A stretch of 64,000 bases of DNA from Candidatus Zixiibacteriota bacterium (lineage in GTDB: Bacteria; Zixibacteria; MSB-5A5; GN15; FEB-12), in contig CP070777.1 of the NCBI GenBank assembly GCA_020346225.1, forward strand, positions 1,077,005 to 1,141,004, written 5' to 3'. The notes beneath the pieces are model-generated. The model did no database searches. It saw only the letters and a program-made list of their open reading frames with translations, and was not told where the DNA came from. Positions 20,689-30,096 of this stretch are shown here, one piece after another (the stretch's first letter is position 1; each line of letters begins with the position of its first letter). The translations under genes and the position numbers were made by a program.

Positions 20689-22506
20689 CTACCCGGTTAG
20701 ATGCGCCACCTCGTCAACCTGCTCGGCGAAGAGCTTCAGGGTCGCCTCGACCGGCGCCGGGCTGGTCATGTCTATACCGCAGGTTTTCAAAAGCTCGATC
20801 GGGTAGTCCTTGCCGCCGGCTTTCAGAAGCTCCAAAAAGCGGTCGATAATCCCCTCCTCGCCGGCCACGACCTTTTCCATCAGTGCCTGCGAGGCAGCGT
20901 ACGACGTGGCGTACTGGTAGACGTAAAACGTCATGTAGAAATGCGGGATGCGGCTCCATTTGTAGCGGGAGTACTCGTCCAGCGTCAGGGTCGGGCCATA
21001 GTATTTCTCGGTCAGTTCGGCCCACAACCCGGTGAGCATTTCGGGGGAGAGGGCCTGGCCCTTTTCGACATGGTCGTGGATTTCCAGCTCGAATCGGGCG
21101 TACATGATCTGGTGGAAAAACGTTCCGACGGTATTGTCGATATGCCGGTTGAGCAGATAGAGCTTCTCGGCTTTGTCTTTCGCCTTGCTCAGAAGGTGCC
21201 GCAACAGCAGGCCCTCGTTGAGGGTCGAGGCGACCTCGGCCACGAATATCGAGTATTGCGCTTTGGGCAGTGGTTGGGTGGCGTTGGCCAGAAAGCTGTG
21301 CAGAGCATGCCCCATCTCATGGGCCAGTGTAAACATGTTGTCCACGGTGCTGTTGTAGTTCATCAGAACAAACGGGTGGACCGTGTAGCTGCCCCAGCTA
21401 TAAGCGCCGCTGGTCTTGCCTCTGGTTTCGAAAACATCCACCCAGCGAGAGTCAAAAGCCTCCCGCAGCTTAGTCTGGTATTCTCCGCCAAGGGGACTCA
21501 GGGCGGTCAGTGTTTCGGCCAGAGCTGTGTCGTAGGGCACTTCATAGTCCTTTTCCGGAAACAGCGGGCAGAGCATGTCGTACGGTGCGATCTTATCCAG
21601 CTTGAGTAGCTTCTTGCGTAGAGCCGTCCACTTATGAAGGCCGCCAATATTGGCCTCGGTCGTGTCGAGCAGGGAATGGTACACCGAGGCGGGGATATTG
21701 TCGCTGTCAAGGGAGCTGTGCAGGCAGCTCTCATAGCGGCGGGCGCGGGTGTAGAAGATGTTCTTGTTTACCTCTGCCGCCAGGGTGGCGCCGATAGTGT
21801 TGAGATGGTCCTTGTACACGGAATAAAAGGCGTCGCTGGCCTCGCGCCGCACCCGTGCATCCGGCGACTCCATGAATTTCGCGAATCGCTGCTTGGTCAG
21901 CCGCACCTCGTTGCCGTTTTCATCTTTCACCTTCGGATATACGATATCGGCGTCATCCAGCAGCGAAAAGATGGTATCGGGCCCCTTGGCGACCATGGAT
22001 GAAAGCGACAGTAGTTCTTCCACTTCCTCGGAGCGAATGTGGGCCCGCGAGCGGACCAGTTCCCTGATGTAGAAGTCGTAGATGTTGGTTTTAGGAAGGC
22101 GCTCCGACATAGCCAGCAGCTCTTCATCCGACAACTTGAGAAGTTCCGGTTCGATATAGGAAAAAGCGGCGTTGGCCTCGGCAACCAGCATCGAGGCGCG
22201 GTCGGTCATGGCCTGGTATTTGGATTCCCTGGTGTCTATATCCCGGTTGAGCTGCGCGTACTGATAGATTCTGGAAACCAGTTTATGGAGTTCAGTTCTC
22301 GTTTCCAGGCAATCGTAAAGAGTCTCGGGCTTCTCGGCCAGTTTTCCGGAAAATCGCCGGGCATCGGTGACGATTTCCCTGGCCGTGGTAAACTCGGTTT
22401 CCCAGGCCTCGTCTGATTCGTATATGTCTGACAGACGCCATTTGAACTTGTCCTCGACATCCTGACGCTGCGGTATTTTTTTCGGGCTTTTCCCGGCCGG
22501 GGCCAT
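20689..22506 (-). CDS. pepF: oligoendopeptidase F (M3B family)
   Basis: 605 aa. Zinc motif HEMGHALH, with overall M3B length and layout. Confidence 0.85.
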   Translation of the reverse strand: MAPAGKSPKKIPQRQDVEDKFKWRLSDIYESDEAWETEFTTAREIVTDARRFSGKLAEKPETLYDCLETRTELHKLVSRIYQYAQLNRDIDTRESKYQAMTDRASMLVAEANAAFSYIEPELLKLSDEELLAMSERLPKTNIYDFYIRELVRSRAHIRSEEVEELLSLSSMVAKGPDTIFSLLDDADIVYPKVKDENGNEVRLTKQRFAKFMESPDARVRREASDAFYSVYKDHLNTIGATLAAEVNKNIFYTRARRYESCLHSSLDSDNIPASVYHSLLDTTEANIGGLHKWTALRKKLLKLDKIAPYDMLCPLFPEKDYEVPYDTALAETLTALSPLGGEYQTKLREAFDSRWVDVFETRGKTSGAYSWGSYTVHPFVLMNYNSTVDNMFTLAHEMGHALHSFLANATQPLPKAQYSIFVAEVASTLNEGLLLRHLLSKAKDKAEKLYLLNRHIDNTVGTFFHQIMYARFELEIHDHVEKGQALSPEMLTGLWAELTEKYYGPTLTLDEYSRYKWSRIPHFYMTFYVYQYATSYAASQALMEKVVAGEEGIIDRFLELLKAGGKDYPIELLKTCGIDMTSPAPVEATLKLFAEQVDEVAHLTG

Positions 22507-22659
22507 ATCGCATTTCCTTTCGTGAGCGATCCGCGTGATTTCAGGGAATTAACGGAAAACCGGAGCGGAAAGCAACATTCTACCTGCACGAATGCCAAAC
22601 GGCGGCAGAATTGTCCGATTCAGCCGCCGCTGTAGAGTGTATGCGTCAGGTGCGCGTAG

Positions 22660-24360
22660 TTATTTGATTTTTTCGGCGGGCATTTCCCTTTCCCCCTGGT
22701 AGAAGACAAGGCCCGTCACTTTTCCGGTCTCGTCCCGAACGAACTCCAGCTCGGCATCGATGACTTTGAGGAAGAAGCGGGATTCCGACCGCGGGAATAT
22801 TTCCGCCTCCTCCTGCCCGGTCGCTTGAGTGAACAGGCGGTCGCCGCGAAGGGCCACCACAATGGTGAACTCGGGCATCAGGCGGTATTCGCCGACATAA
22901 TCGTCATATATGGCGGGATCTACCTCGGCCGGCTTGTAAACGGCCAGCACCTTCTCCGCCTCGGCGTCGCTGAGCTTGACCGCCGGGTCCTCGTCACCGG
23001 TGACTCGATGCATAACGTGGTGCACAACCTTGCCGCTCTCGTCGCGGACGAATTCCACGGTCAGCATGTGGTTGTGCTCGAAGTAGAATTTGTCTCTGGC
23101 CTCGGGAAATATTTCCAGGCGCTGTCCGCCCGTCCGCATCGAGTAAATTCGGCCGTCCTCGACAGTGACAATCCGGTGGTCAACGGAATCGACCCGGTAA
23201 ACGCCTTCATAGTCAGCCAGGAGTTCCGGTTCAATTTCTATCGGCGTCTTGACGGCGGGCAGCTCATAGAGCTCGCCGAAGGTCACTGCTGCCAGACCGT
23301 TCGCTATATCGTCCACCGGGGCGCTGTCGTTGTTGCTGAACACGACAATACACACCTTGTCGTCGATAAATCGCATGAAGGACGTGTAAAAACCGTCGAT
23401 GCCGCCGTTGTGACGAACCACCCGGCGGTCAAACGCCTTGCGAACTCCCCAGCCGTAGCCGTAGTTGCCCAGGCCAGCCGTGAACATCTTGTCGATAGAA
23501 CCCTGGCTGAGCAGCTTGTCGGTGTAGAGGGCCTGGTCCCACAGCAGCATATCTTCTACGGTCGAGTAGAGCGCCCCGGCCGAGTACGGCCACGACATAT
23601 GGACAACGTAGGCGTTGAGCAGCTCGTCATTTTCGCCCTCGGTGTATCCGACAGCGCGACCCGGCAGGATGATATCGTGATGACCGTAGCCGCTGTTTTT
23701 CATCCCGGCCGGGCCGAGGACATTCTGACGCAGATAGTCCTCATAGCTCATGCCCGAGGCTTTCTCGATCACCAGGCCCAGAAGGGCGTAGCCGGAGTTG
23801 CTGTATTTGTACTTCTCGCCCGGTTCGAACTCGAGCGGTTTGTCTTTGAAGGCGGCCAGGATTTCCTCCATGGTTCCGGGCTCGGTTCTTCTGGCCATCA
23901 GGTCCAGGTCATCCGTGTACGAGGGAACGCCACTAGAGTGCCGGAGAAGATGGTGAATGGTGACCCCGTCCGCGGTTTCCTTCGGGTACTCCGGGACGAA
24001 TTTGGTGACGGGGTCATCGAGGCTCACTAGGCCCTTTTCCACCAGCTGCAGCACCGCCACGGCCGTGAACTGTTTGGTGATAGAGCCGATAAGGAATTTC
24101 TTGTCGGGTGTGTTGGGAACGCCCAGCTCGATGCTGGCCATGCCATAGCCCTTCTTCAGTATTGGCTTACCGTCTTTGGCGATCAGTGCCGCGCCGTGGA
24201 ACTGCTGGACATCATGGGCGGCATTCAGATACTCGTCCAGCCTGTCGGCCAGCGATTGGCCGCTCACGGCGGCGGCCAGCCCGCTTCCGATCAGCAACGT
24301 CAGCACCAGGGCCAAGGTTCTGCGCGAACCGGTGCGATGGGGCTTTAGCGCAAAGTTCAT
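22660..24360 (-). CDS. secreted serine hydrolase, beta-lactamase / class C PBP-like family, with a duplicated C-terminal domain
   Basis: Signal peptide, SxxK (SITKQFTA) and YxN (YSNSGY). Two similar C-terminal modules of about 70 aa: ...YRVDSVDHRIVTVEDGRIYSMRTGGQRLEIFPEARDKFYF... and ...YRLMPEFTIVVALRGDRLFTQATGQEEAEIFPRSESRFFL... Confidence 0.8.
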   Translation of the reverse strand: MNFALKPHRTGSRRTLALVLTLLIGSGLAAAVSGQSLADRLDEYLNAAHDVQQFHGAALIAKDGKPILKKGYGMASIELGVPNTPDKKFLIGSITKQFTAVAVLQLVEKGLVSLDDPVTKFVPEYPKETADGVTIHHLLRHSSGVPSYTDDLDLMARRTEPGTMEEILAAFKDKPLEFEPGEKYKYSNSGYALLGLVIEKASGMSYEDYLRQNVLGPAGMKNSGYGHHDIILPGRAVGYTEGENDELLNAYVVHMSWPYSAGALYSTVEDMLLWDQALYTDKLLSQGSIDKMFTAGLGNYGYGWGVRKAFDRRVVRHNGGIDGFYTSFMRFIDDKVCIVVFSNNDSAPVDDIANGLAAVTFGELYELPAVKTPIEIEPELLADYEGVYRVDSVDHRIVTVEDGRIYSMRTGGQRLEIFPEARDKFYFEHNHMLTVEFVRDESGKVVHHVMHRVTGDEDPAVKLSDAEAEKVLAVYKPAEVDPAIYDDYVGEYRLMPEFTIVVALRGDRLFTQATGQEEAEIFPRSESRFFLKVIDAELEFVRDETGKVTGLVFYQGEREMPAEKIK

Positions 24361-24460
24361 TGGATCCTCCAGAAGGTTGGTGGAAACATTTCAGCAGACA
24401 TAGTACAGCATTAGACCGCGCAGGGTCATTAATGTTGCACCCAAGACGCGTGTCGGCTGC

Positions 24461-25729
24461 CTAGAAGGAAGTCATGCAGACCGGCTTTTGCTTGGTGGCA
24501 AAAAGCTGGTTGAGAGGCTCCAGATATGTGGCCTTGGAAAGCTCCGCCCGTCCGTAGTTGTATAGCGAGCGCAGGTCGACCGCGCCCATTATCAGCGATG
24601 AGAAATCAGCGATATCCAGCCCGAGACTGACCTCCGCGGCGGCCCGCCCGGTCTTTATTTGCGGATGACCCTTGACGAAATGAATTGTCAGGTCGCCGTT
24701 GTTCTCTTTTAGAAAAGTGTCGTGGACTTTCAGTCGCAGCCTGACAGACACGCCGTCGAAATCACGGTCTTTGAGAAGGTTGAAAACTTCCCGGGTGTTG
24801 AGGACCCGGTACATGATCCCCACTCCTGATCTGTGGCTCTCATGATAGACGGGGCTCATCAGGTTGCCGGTTTCGTTGCGGGGGTCGTCGAAACAATGGT
24901 AGAAATACTCGTCGTTGGAAGACACGATGATGCGGTTTATCTGGTCGGCCTGCGTGTGCAGAAAACTCAGGAGGCCGTTGAGGACCTCGGGCGACTCGTA
25001 CACCATCTCTTCGATTTTGATGTGATTATCCACGAAATTTTCCGGATTACCCCGGGCAAAAGTAAAGATGAGATAGCCGAGTACGCGGCCATCTTTCACA
25101 TAACCGACATACTTGACTCCTTTGCCGAGGTCATAGCGGATATTCCGGTTCACTTGGGTTTCTTCGATCATGCCGGTTCTGGTGTCGACAAATCGGTTGT
25201 AGCAATCATTGAGGGCCTTCATATCGGCCTTACCGAGGTGCCGTACGTGCTTTCTGGCCTTCGTGCGGGGCAATGTGGCAGGCGTCAGCCGGTACTGGTC
25301 CATCTTCCAGCCCAGGCCGCAACCCATCTTCTTGTAGAAATCGGGCCGGAAGGGCCACAGCACGGCCAGCGGGGCTCCCCGCTTGCGGTAATGCCTGAAG
25401 AAAAACCGCATCAGGTCGCGGGCCACATGCTCCTTTTTATGCACCAGGCTGACAGCCACCGTGCCGGCGCCGCCGGTGAGGACCTTGTGCCCGAAGAAAT
25501 TCATGGTGTAGTCATAGTAGATCATCCCCCCCAGCATCTCGCTGCCCCTGTACATCCCCCACCAGGACATGCGTTTGTCCTGACGGCGCTTGCGCCATCT
25601 TTCTTTGACGCGTTTCTTGGCTTCCGCGGCGCTGATCTGCAGGCCGGGGTAGGCATCGGCCACGATATCGATGAATTTTTCGATATCCTTGAACGGTATT
25701 TCTTGAATCTTGTTCACGATCGATAACAA
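24461..25729 (-). CDS. GNAT family N-acetyltransferase, Eis-like (GNAT plus SCP2-like C-terminus)
   Basis: The 422-aa length and the pattern GGAGTVAVSLVHKKEHVARDLMRFFF...APLAVLWPFRPDFYKKMGCG resemble the Eis/YhbS-type architecture. The start is TTG at 25729 or a GTG 4 codons downstream. Confidence 0.6.
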   Translation of the reverse strand: MLSIVNKIQEIPFKDIEKFIDIVADAYPGLQISAAEAKKRVKERWRKRRQDKRMSWWGMYRGSEMLGGMIYYDYTMNFFGHKVLTGGAGTVAVSLVHKKEHVARDLMRFFFRHYRKRGAPLAVLWPFRPDFYKKMGCGLGWKMDQYRLTPATLPRTKARKHVRHLGKADMKALNDCYNRFVDTRTGMIEETQVNRNIRYDLGKGVKYVGYVKDGRVLGYLIFTFARGNPENFVDNHIKIEEMVYESPEVLNGLLSFLHTQADQINRIIVSSNDEYFYHCFDDPRNETGNLMSPVYHESHRSGVGIMYRVLNTREVFNLLKDRDFDGVSVRLRLKVHDTFLKENNGDLTIHFVKGHPQIKTGRAAAEVSLGLDIADFSSLIMGAVDLRSLYNYGRAELSKATYLEPLNQLFATKQKPVCMTSF

Positions 25730-25847
25730 TCCCTTTGTGCTGTGTGAATCGCGGATTTGATATTCTTTCTGTATACGGGAGCCGTTGGATAAAGTTGTCG
25801 GCGCGCGCCGGGGTCAGCGGGACGTCCGGGTCGATACCGCATTAAAG

Positions 25848-26693
25848 CTACATCCTCTCCACGCACCCGGCGATCAGCTCGCGCAGCTTCGGTTCGGTTT
25901 TCGAGGCGGCGCCGATCACGTCCTCCAGCGAGCAGGGGTGCATGTTGTCGGCCAGACCCATGTCGGTGATGATGGAAAAGGCCAGAATCTTGATCTTCAG
26001 ATGATGGGCCGCGATCACTTCCGGAACGGTTGACATCCCCACCGCGTCGGCGCCGAAACCGCGAAGCATCCGGTACTCGGCCGCCGTTTCCAGGCAGGGG
26101 CCGGTGAGACCGACATAAACGCCCACCTGCAGCGGCAGTCCCTGCGCCAGCGCCACGGCTTTGGCGGTCTGCTGATAGCCGCAGTAGTAGAGATCGTACA
26201 TGTCGGGAAAGCGGTCGCCCATGCTGTCGTCGTTGGGACCGATCAGGGGATTGCCGGGGAAGAAGTTGATGTGATCCTTGATAAGCATTATATCACCCGG
26301 CTTGAAATTTGGGTTCATGCCGCCGGCGGCATTTGACACAATCAGAGACTCAATACCCAGCCGTTTCATGACCCTGATGGGAAAGGCGATCTGCTGAAAG
26401 GAGTAACCTTCATAATAGTGGAACCGCCCCTGCATACAGACCACCGGCTTGCCTTTAAGGTGGCCGAAGAGCAGCTTCCCGGCGTGTGACTCGACCGTCG
26501 ATACCGGGAAATGCGGAATCTTGTCATAATCGACCGTCCCGCCCAACTCGATACCGTCAACCAGTGAGCCCAGGCCGGTGCCCAGGATAATGCCTATCTT
26601 CGGTTTGAGTGTGATCTGCTTTTTGATATAACCGACCGCTTCTTTGATATGATTCTGGACTTCCTGTATCGAATGCATACCGCTGTTCCTCAT
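25848..26693 (-). CDS. punA: purine nucleoside phosphorylase (PunA / trimeric PNP family)
   Basis: SHAGKLLFGHLKGKPVVCMQGRFHYYEGY, NAAGG and VGMSTVPEVIAA blocks. Confidence 0.85.
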   Translation of the reverse strand: MRNSGMHSIQEVQNHIKEAVGYIKKQITLKPKIGIILGTGLGSLVDGIELGGTVDYDKIPHFPVSTVESHAGKLLFGHLKGKPVVCMQGRFHYYEGYSFQQIAFPIRVMKRLGIESLIVSNAAGGMNPNFKPGDIMLIKDHINFFPGNPLIGPNDDSMGDRFPDMYDLYYCGYQQTAKAVALAQGLPLQVGVYVGLTGPCLETAAEYRMLRGFGADAVGMSTVPEVIAAHHLKIKILAFSIITDMGLADNMHPCSLEDVIGAASKTEPKLRELIAGCVERM

Positions 26694-26788
26694 CGCTTTA
26701 AATTGGGGACAATGGGTGGAATATAGCCTGCCCCGACTTTTTTCAAAAGTCTCAAAGACCAGTTTTTTGCAGTTTCGTGCCAGCGCGT

Positions 26789-26830
26789 TTAAAAAAAGAC
26801 CGGCCTGGAGGGGACTTGACGGCCGGTCTT
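26789..26830 (-). terminator. intrinsic terminator after divIVA
   Basis: Read on the minus strand: AAGACCGGCC, a 15-nt loop, GGCCGGTCTT, then a T7 run. The plus-strand arms are at 26796-26805 and 26821-26830. Confidence 0.7.
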
Positions 26831-26851
26831 AAAGCGTCTGGTGGGAATCTT

Positions 26852-28003
26852 CTATTTCTTTTCGGCTTTGTCCAGTTCTTCCTCGAACTTGCTCACGGCA
26901 TGGTCAAGAGCCTCGGCCAGTTCATCGGGAGAAACACTCTGTCGCGCTCTGTCCTCTTCGGTTGGCTGATCCATGTCAATGGCATTGTGTTCGGTGGGTC
27001 GATCCTGGGCGTCGGGAGCAAGCCCGTCGGCAGATGCTTTCCTAGTTACCTCATCGTCTTCGGCGCTCGCTGTCGGGGGAATCGGCTCCGGCGGAGCCTG
27101 ACCGTCCTTGAGTTCAACGTCGGCGACTTTGCCAATGAAGCCCTCCGGGATATCCTCGGCCTTGCGGTTGGTTTCGACGATTTCGCCCTGCGCCGGCACT
27201 TCCGCCGGAGCCGGCTTCTCCTGCCGCTGCTTGGCCTCCCGTTCAGTGCGATACTGTTCCAGTGCCACCGCCAGTTCCGGGTCGACAGCGCTGGAAATCT
27301 CATCCGGCGGCGCCTCGTCGCCGGGTTCGGCGGCCGCCGGCTCGCCCGTATCCTTAGTCTCGCCGGTTTCATCCTGGTCTTCGCCCTTGGACGCCAGGGT
27401 TTCTACTTCCTGACGGGTGACATCGGTCGACTCCATGACCTGAATGCTATCGCTCGGGGTCGTCAATTCCTTCTCTTCCTCGGGCGGGGACGCCGGGGCA
27501 GGTTCGCTGTCCGCCTCGGTTGGCTCGACCTCGCCATGGATGTCTTTCTTGACGTCGGCCGTGGCGATCTCGTCGACCATTTCCATGTGGGAATTTATTA
27601 TGCCGCGAAGTTCGCTGGTATATGACTTTTTTACTCGCTCCAACTCGGCCAGCTGGCTTTTTACCTGCTCGATCCTCTTTTTGTGCGATGCGATCGCTTC
27701 TTCAGCTTCCGTTTTTGCCTTTGCCAGAAACTCTTCGGCGTCCTTCCTGGCATTGGCGATCAGACTGTCGGCGTTGCGACGGGCATCAATGGCGGCGTTC
27801 TTGATCGTGTCTTCGAATTCCTTCAATGAGCTGACCTGGGTCTTTAGAGCATCGACCTCCATCGACAACTTCAGGTTCTCCTGTCGGGCCTGCTCCAGTG
27901 CGCTCGCGACCTGCTCGAGAAGATTGTCCACCTCCTCTTTGTCATAGCCGCGCATCTGGCTGGGGAATTCATAGTTTCGAATATCGTTCGGGGACAGATC
28001 CAT
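26852..28003 (-). CDS. divIVA: DivIVA domain-containing protein with a long acidic/Pro-rich tail
   Basis: N-terminus MDLSPNDIRNYEFPSQMRGYDKEEVDNLLEQV is the DivIVA signature. Coiled-coil-type sequence follows, then a low-complexity E/P/A-rich C-terminal half. Confidence 0.8.
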   Translation of the reverse strand: MDLSPNDIRNYEFPSQMRGYDKEEVDNLLEQVASALEQARQENLKLSMEVDALKTQVSSLKEFEDTIKNAAIDARRNADSLIANARKDAEEFLAKAKTEAEEAIASHKKRIEQVKSQLAELERVKKSYTSELRGIINSHMEMVDEIATADVKKDIHGEVEPTEADSEPAPASPPEEEKELTTPSDSIQVMESTDVTRQEVETLASKGEDQDETGETKDTGEPAAAEPGDEAPPDEISSAVDPELAVALEQYRTEREAKQRQEKPAPAEVPAQGEIVETNRKAEDIPEGFIGKVADVELKDGQAPPEPIPPTASAEDDEVTRKASADGLAPDAQDRPTEHNAIDMDQPTEEDRARQSVSPDELAEALDHAVSKFEEELDKAEKK

Positions 28004-28194
28004 ATGCCACTCGCTTATCTTTTGGGTTACATTCTCTTCTATCCAATTCAGTCTTTGGCCCGGGCAACTGTTCGAAAAACGAGCAGATGAAGCCCCCGGG
28101 GCTTATTCCTTATTATCGTACTTTCATGGAAAATATTGAGTGGTAAGACACGGCCGGTTTTCGGCAGGGGAAGAGGGGCCGAACGGCCGGCGGT

Positions 28195-28893
28195 TCAGCT
28201 GTCGAGTTGCTGTCTCGGGCCGAAAAGGGCCGAACCGACGCGAATCATGGTGGCACCCTCCGCGATAGCAAGAGGGAAATCGTCGGTCATGCCCATCGAC
28301 AGGGTGTCAAACTCATCACCAGCAATAGCTTGGCCTTTTTTGAAGAGCTCTGAACAGCTCCGGAACGCGGCGCGAATCCGATCTTCGTCTTCGACAAAAG
28401 GGCCGATCGTCATGAGGCCTGTTAAATTTATATTGTTCAGCGCCTTAACTTCGTGAACGAGCTGCAGGCATTGGTCGGGCGGCGCGCCATATTTCTGGCT
28501 TTCGCCGGAGCAATTCACTTCGATAAGGCACTCGATCGTCCTGCCCGCCTCGCCTGCCCGCCGGCTGATCTCCTGAGCCAGCTTCAGCGAATCGACCGAC
28601 TGGATGACATCGAAAAGCTGCACGGCCCTCTTGACCTTGTTGGTCTGCAGGTGACCGACCATGTGAAACCTGGCGATCTGCCCGACCTCGAGGATTTTCG
28701 GCTCTGCCTCCTGGATTTTGCTCTCGCCTATGTTGTGGATTCCGGCGGCGACGGCAGTTCTGATTACCGCCGGAGGGTGCGTTTTGGTGACGGCCACTAC
28801 CGTGATATCGTCGGCATCCCGGTCGTATTTCTCACAGGCCTCGGCAACCCGGCCCCTCAACTCTCTGACGTTTTTGGATATAAGGTTTTTCAC
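28195..28893 (-). CDS. yggS: YggS family pyridoxal-phosphate-binding protein
   Basis: VVAVTKTHP (PLP Lys), GHLQTNKV, LSMGMTDDF and IRVGSALFG. Confidence 0.85.
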   Translation of the reverse strand: MKNLISKNVRELRGRVAEACEKYDRDADDITVVAVTKTHPPAVIRTAVAAGIHNIGESKIQEAEPKILEVGQIARFHMVGHLQTNKVKRAVQLFDVIQSVDSLKLAQEISRRAGEAGRTIECLIEVNCSGESQKYGAPPDQCLQLVHEVKALNNINLTGLMTIGPFVEDEDRIRAAFRSCSELFKKGQAIAGDEFDTLSMGMTDDFPLAIAEGATMIRVGSALFGPRQQLDS

Positions 28894-29058
28894 TGCCGAC
28901 AGAAATTAACGTCGCCGGATGCAGTCCACGCAAGGAAAATGTTGTCCGGAGATCCTTCGTTATCAGGCCGCGGTCCGGTCAAGCACTTGACAACGAGTGA
29001 GTCTTTTGTACCTTAACGCCGATTACTTGAGAGAAACCGAACAGCAAAGGAATCGACC

Positions 29059-29541
29059 ATGACCCCAGTTCACCCGGATACCCTGGCAGCTCTTACTTCG
29101 GGAATTCAATCCGAGGTGGCCAGCTATGTTTTTTATCTGGAAGCGGCGAAGAAGACCGATGCCGGCCGGCACAGAGAGACTCTGAAGGGCCTCGCCCTGG
29201 AGGAGAAGGAGCATTTTCGCGTTCTGGAAGGGCAGTACGACTCGCTGGTCCGCAGCGAGAAATGGATAAGCACGGCGGACATTCTCAAACAGGAGGGTTT
29301 GCCTGAGATTACAGAAGAGATGAGTCATGAACATCAGCAGCTGATCGACGAGGTCGCCGGCGCTGAGTCGCTGGCCGCAATTCTTGATATCGCCTATCGC
29401 CTTGAGGAAGAGGCCCACAACCTGTTCGCGTCGGCAGCGGAAAAGGTTGACTCCGAGGCAGGCAGGCAGATGTTCCGGCAGTTGGCGAAGTTCGAAGAAG
29501 GTCACATGAAAAAAATCGCGGAGATGAAAGCCGCTCTATAG
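29059..29541 (+). CDS. ferritin-like / rubrerythrin-family di-iron domain protein
   Basis: Two ExxH-type helices (LEEKEHF; FEEGHMKK) within a 160-aa four-helix-bundle-like sequence. Confidence 0.6.
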   Translation: MTPVHPDTLAALTSGIQSEVASYVFYLEAAKKTDAGRHRETLKGLALEEKEHFRVLEGQYDSLVRSEKWISTADILKQEGLPEITEEMSHEHQQLIDEVAGAESLAAILDIAYRLEEEAHNLFASAAEKVDSEAGRQMFRQLAKFEEGHMKKIAEMKAAL

Positions 29542-29569
29542 CGACAGCGATATCCATCATGTCTGACAG

Positions 29570-29595
29570 AAAGCCCCGGGGGGGCTTTTGTTCTG
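29570..29595 (+). terminator. hairpin with partial T-tract after the ferritin-like gene
   Basis: AAAGCCCC-GGG-GGGGCTTT (29570-29588) followed by TGTTCTG. It lies between convergent genes. Confidence 0.5.
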
Positions 29596-29645
29596 AGAAA
29601 GAACTGCTTTAAACCAGGCCGGCTGCGGGGAAACCGGCGGCCCGG

Positions 29646-30002
29646 TCACCCAGATGAAATCTGAATCAGGTTGCCGCTGGTATCATCGAGCACGGCGATG
29701 GTCACCGGTCCCGCTTCGGTCGGCTCTACCGTAAACTTCACGCCGAGATTCTTAAGTTTCTCATACTCCCGGTGGACATCATCGACCGTGAAGGACGTCG
29801 CCGGTATCCCCTGCTCGAAGATCGCTTTCTGGTAGGTCATGGCGGCCGGGTTGACGTTTGGTTCGGCCAATAACTCGGTTCCGTCCGGCTCTTCGGGCGA
29901 GACAACTGTCAGCCACCTGAACTCACCGACCGGCACGTCGTGTTTCTTGACAAAGCCCAGGGTTTCCGTATAGAAGCTCAGGGCCTTTTCCTGGTCGTCC
30001 AC
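29646..30002 (-). CDS. VOC (glyoxalase / bleomycin-resistance / dioxygenase) family protein
   Basis: The pattern ALSFYTETLGFVKKHDV...FRWLTV..., with length and beta-alpha-beta-beta-beta spacing, fits the VOC fold. See the finding on the start codon. Confidence 0.7.
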   Translation of the reverse strand: MDDQEKALSFYTETLGFVKKHDVPVGEFRWLTVVSPEEPDGTELLAEPNVNPAAMTYQKAIFEQGIPATSFTVDDVHREYEKLKNLGVKFTVEPTEAGPVTIAVLDDTSGNLIQISSG

Positions 30003-30096
30003 GAAGACACTTGTGATCTTTATCTTCGCGGTGCCGCGCTCCTTGTTTTGGTGTAATCTTTATCAGCCATTCAGCCGGGGTCTTTTAGTCGGTCAG

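Noticed and set aside
28085-28110. Hairpin AAGCCCC-CG-GGGGCTT between yggS and divIVA, considered as an internal terminator or attenuator.
   Set aside because: No T-tract directly follows it on the minus (coding) strand. Function cannot be inferred from sequence alone.
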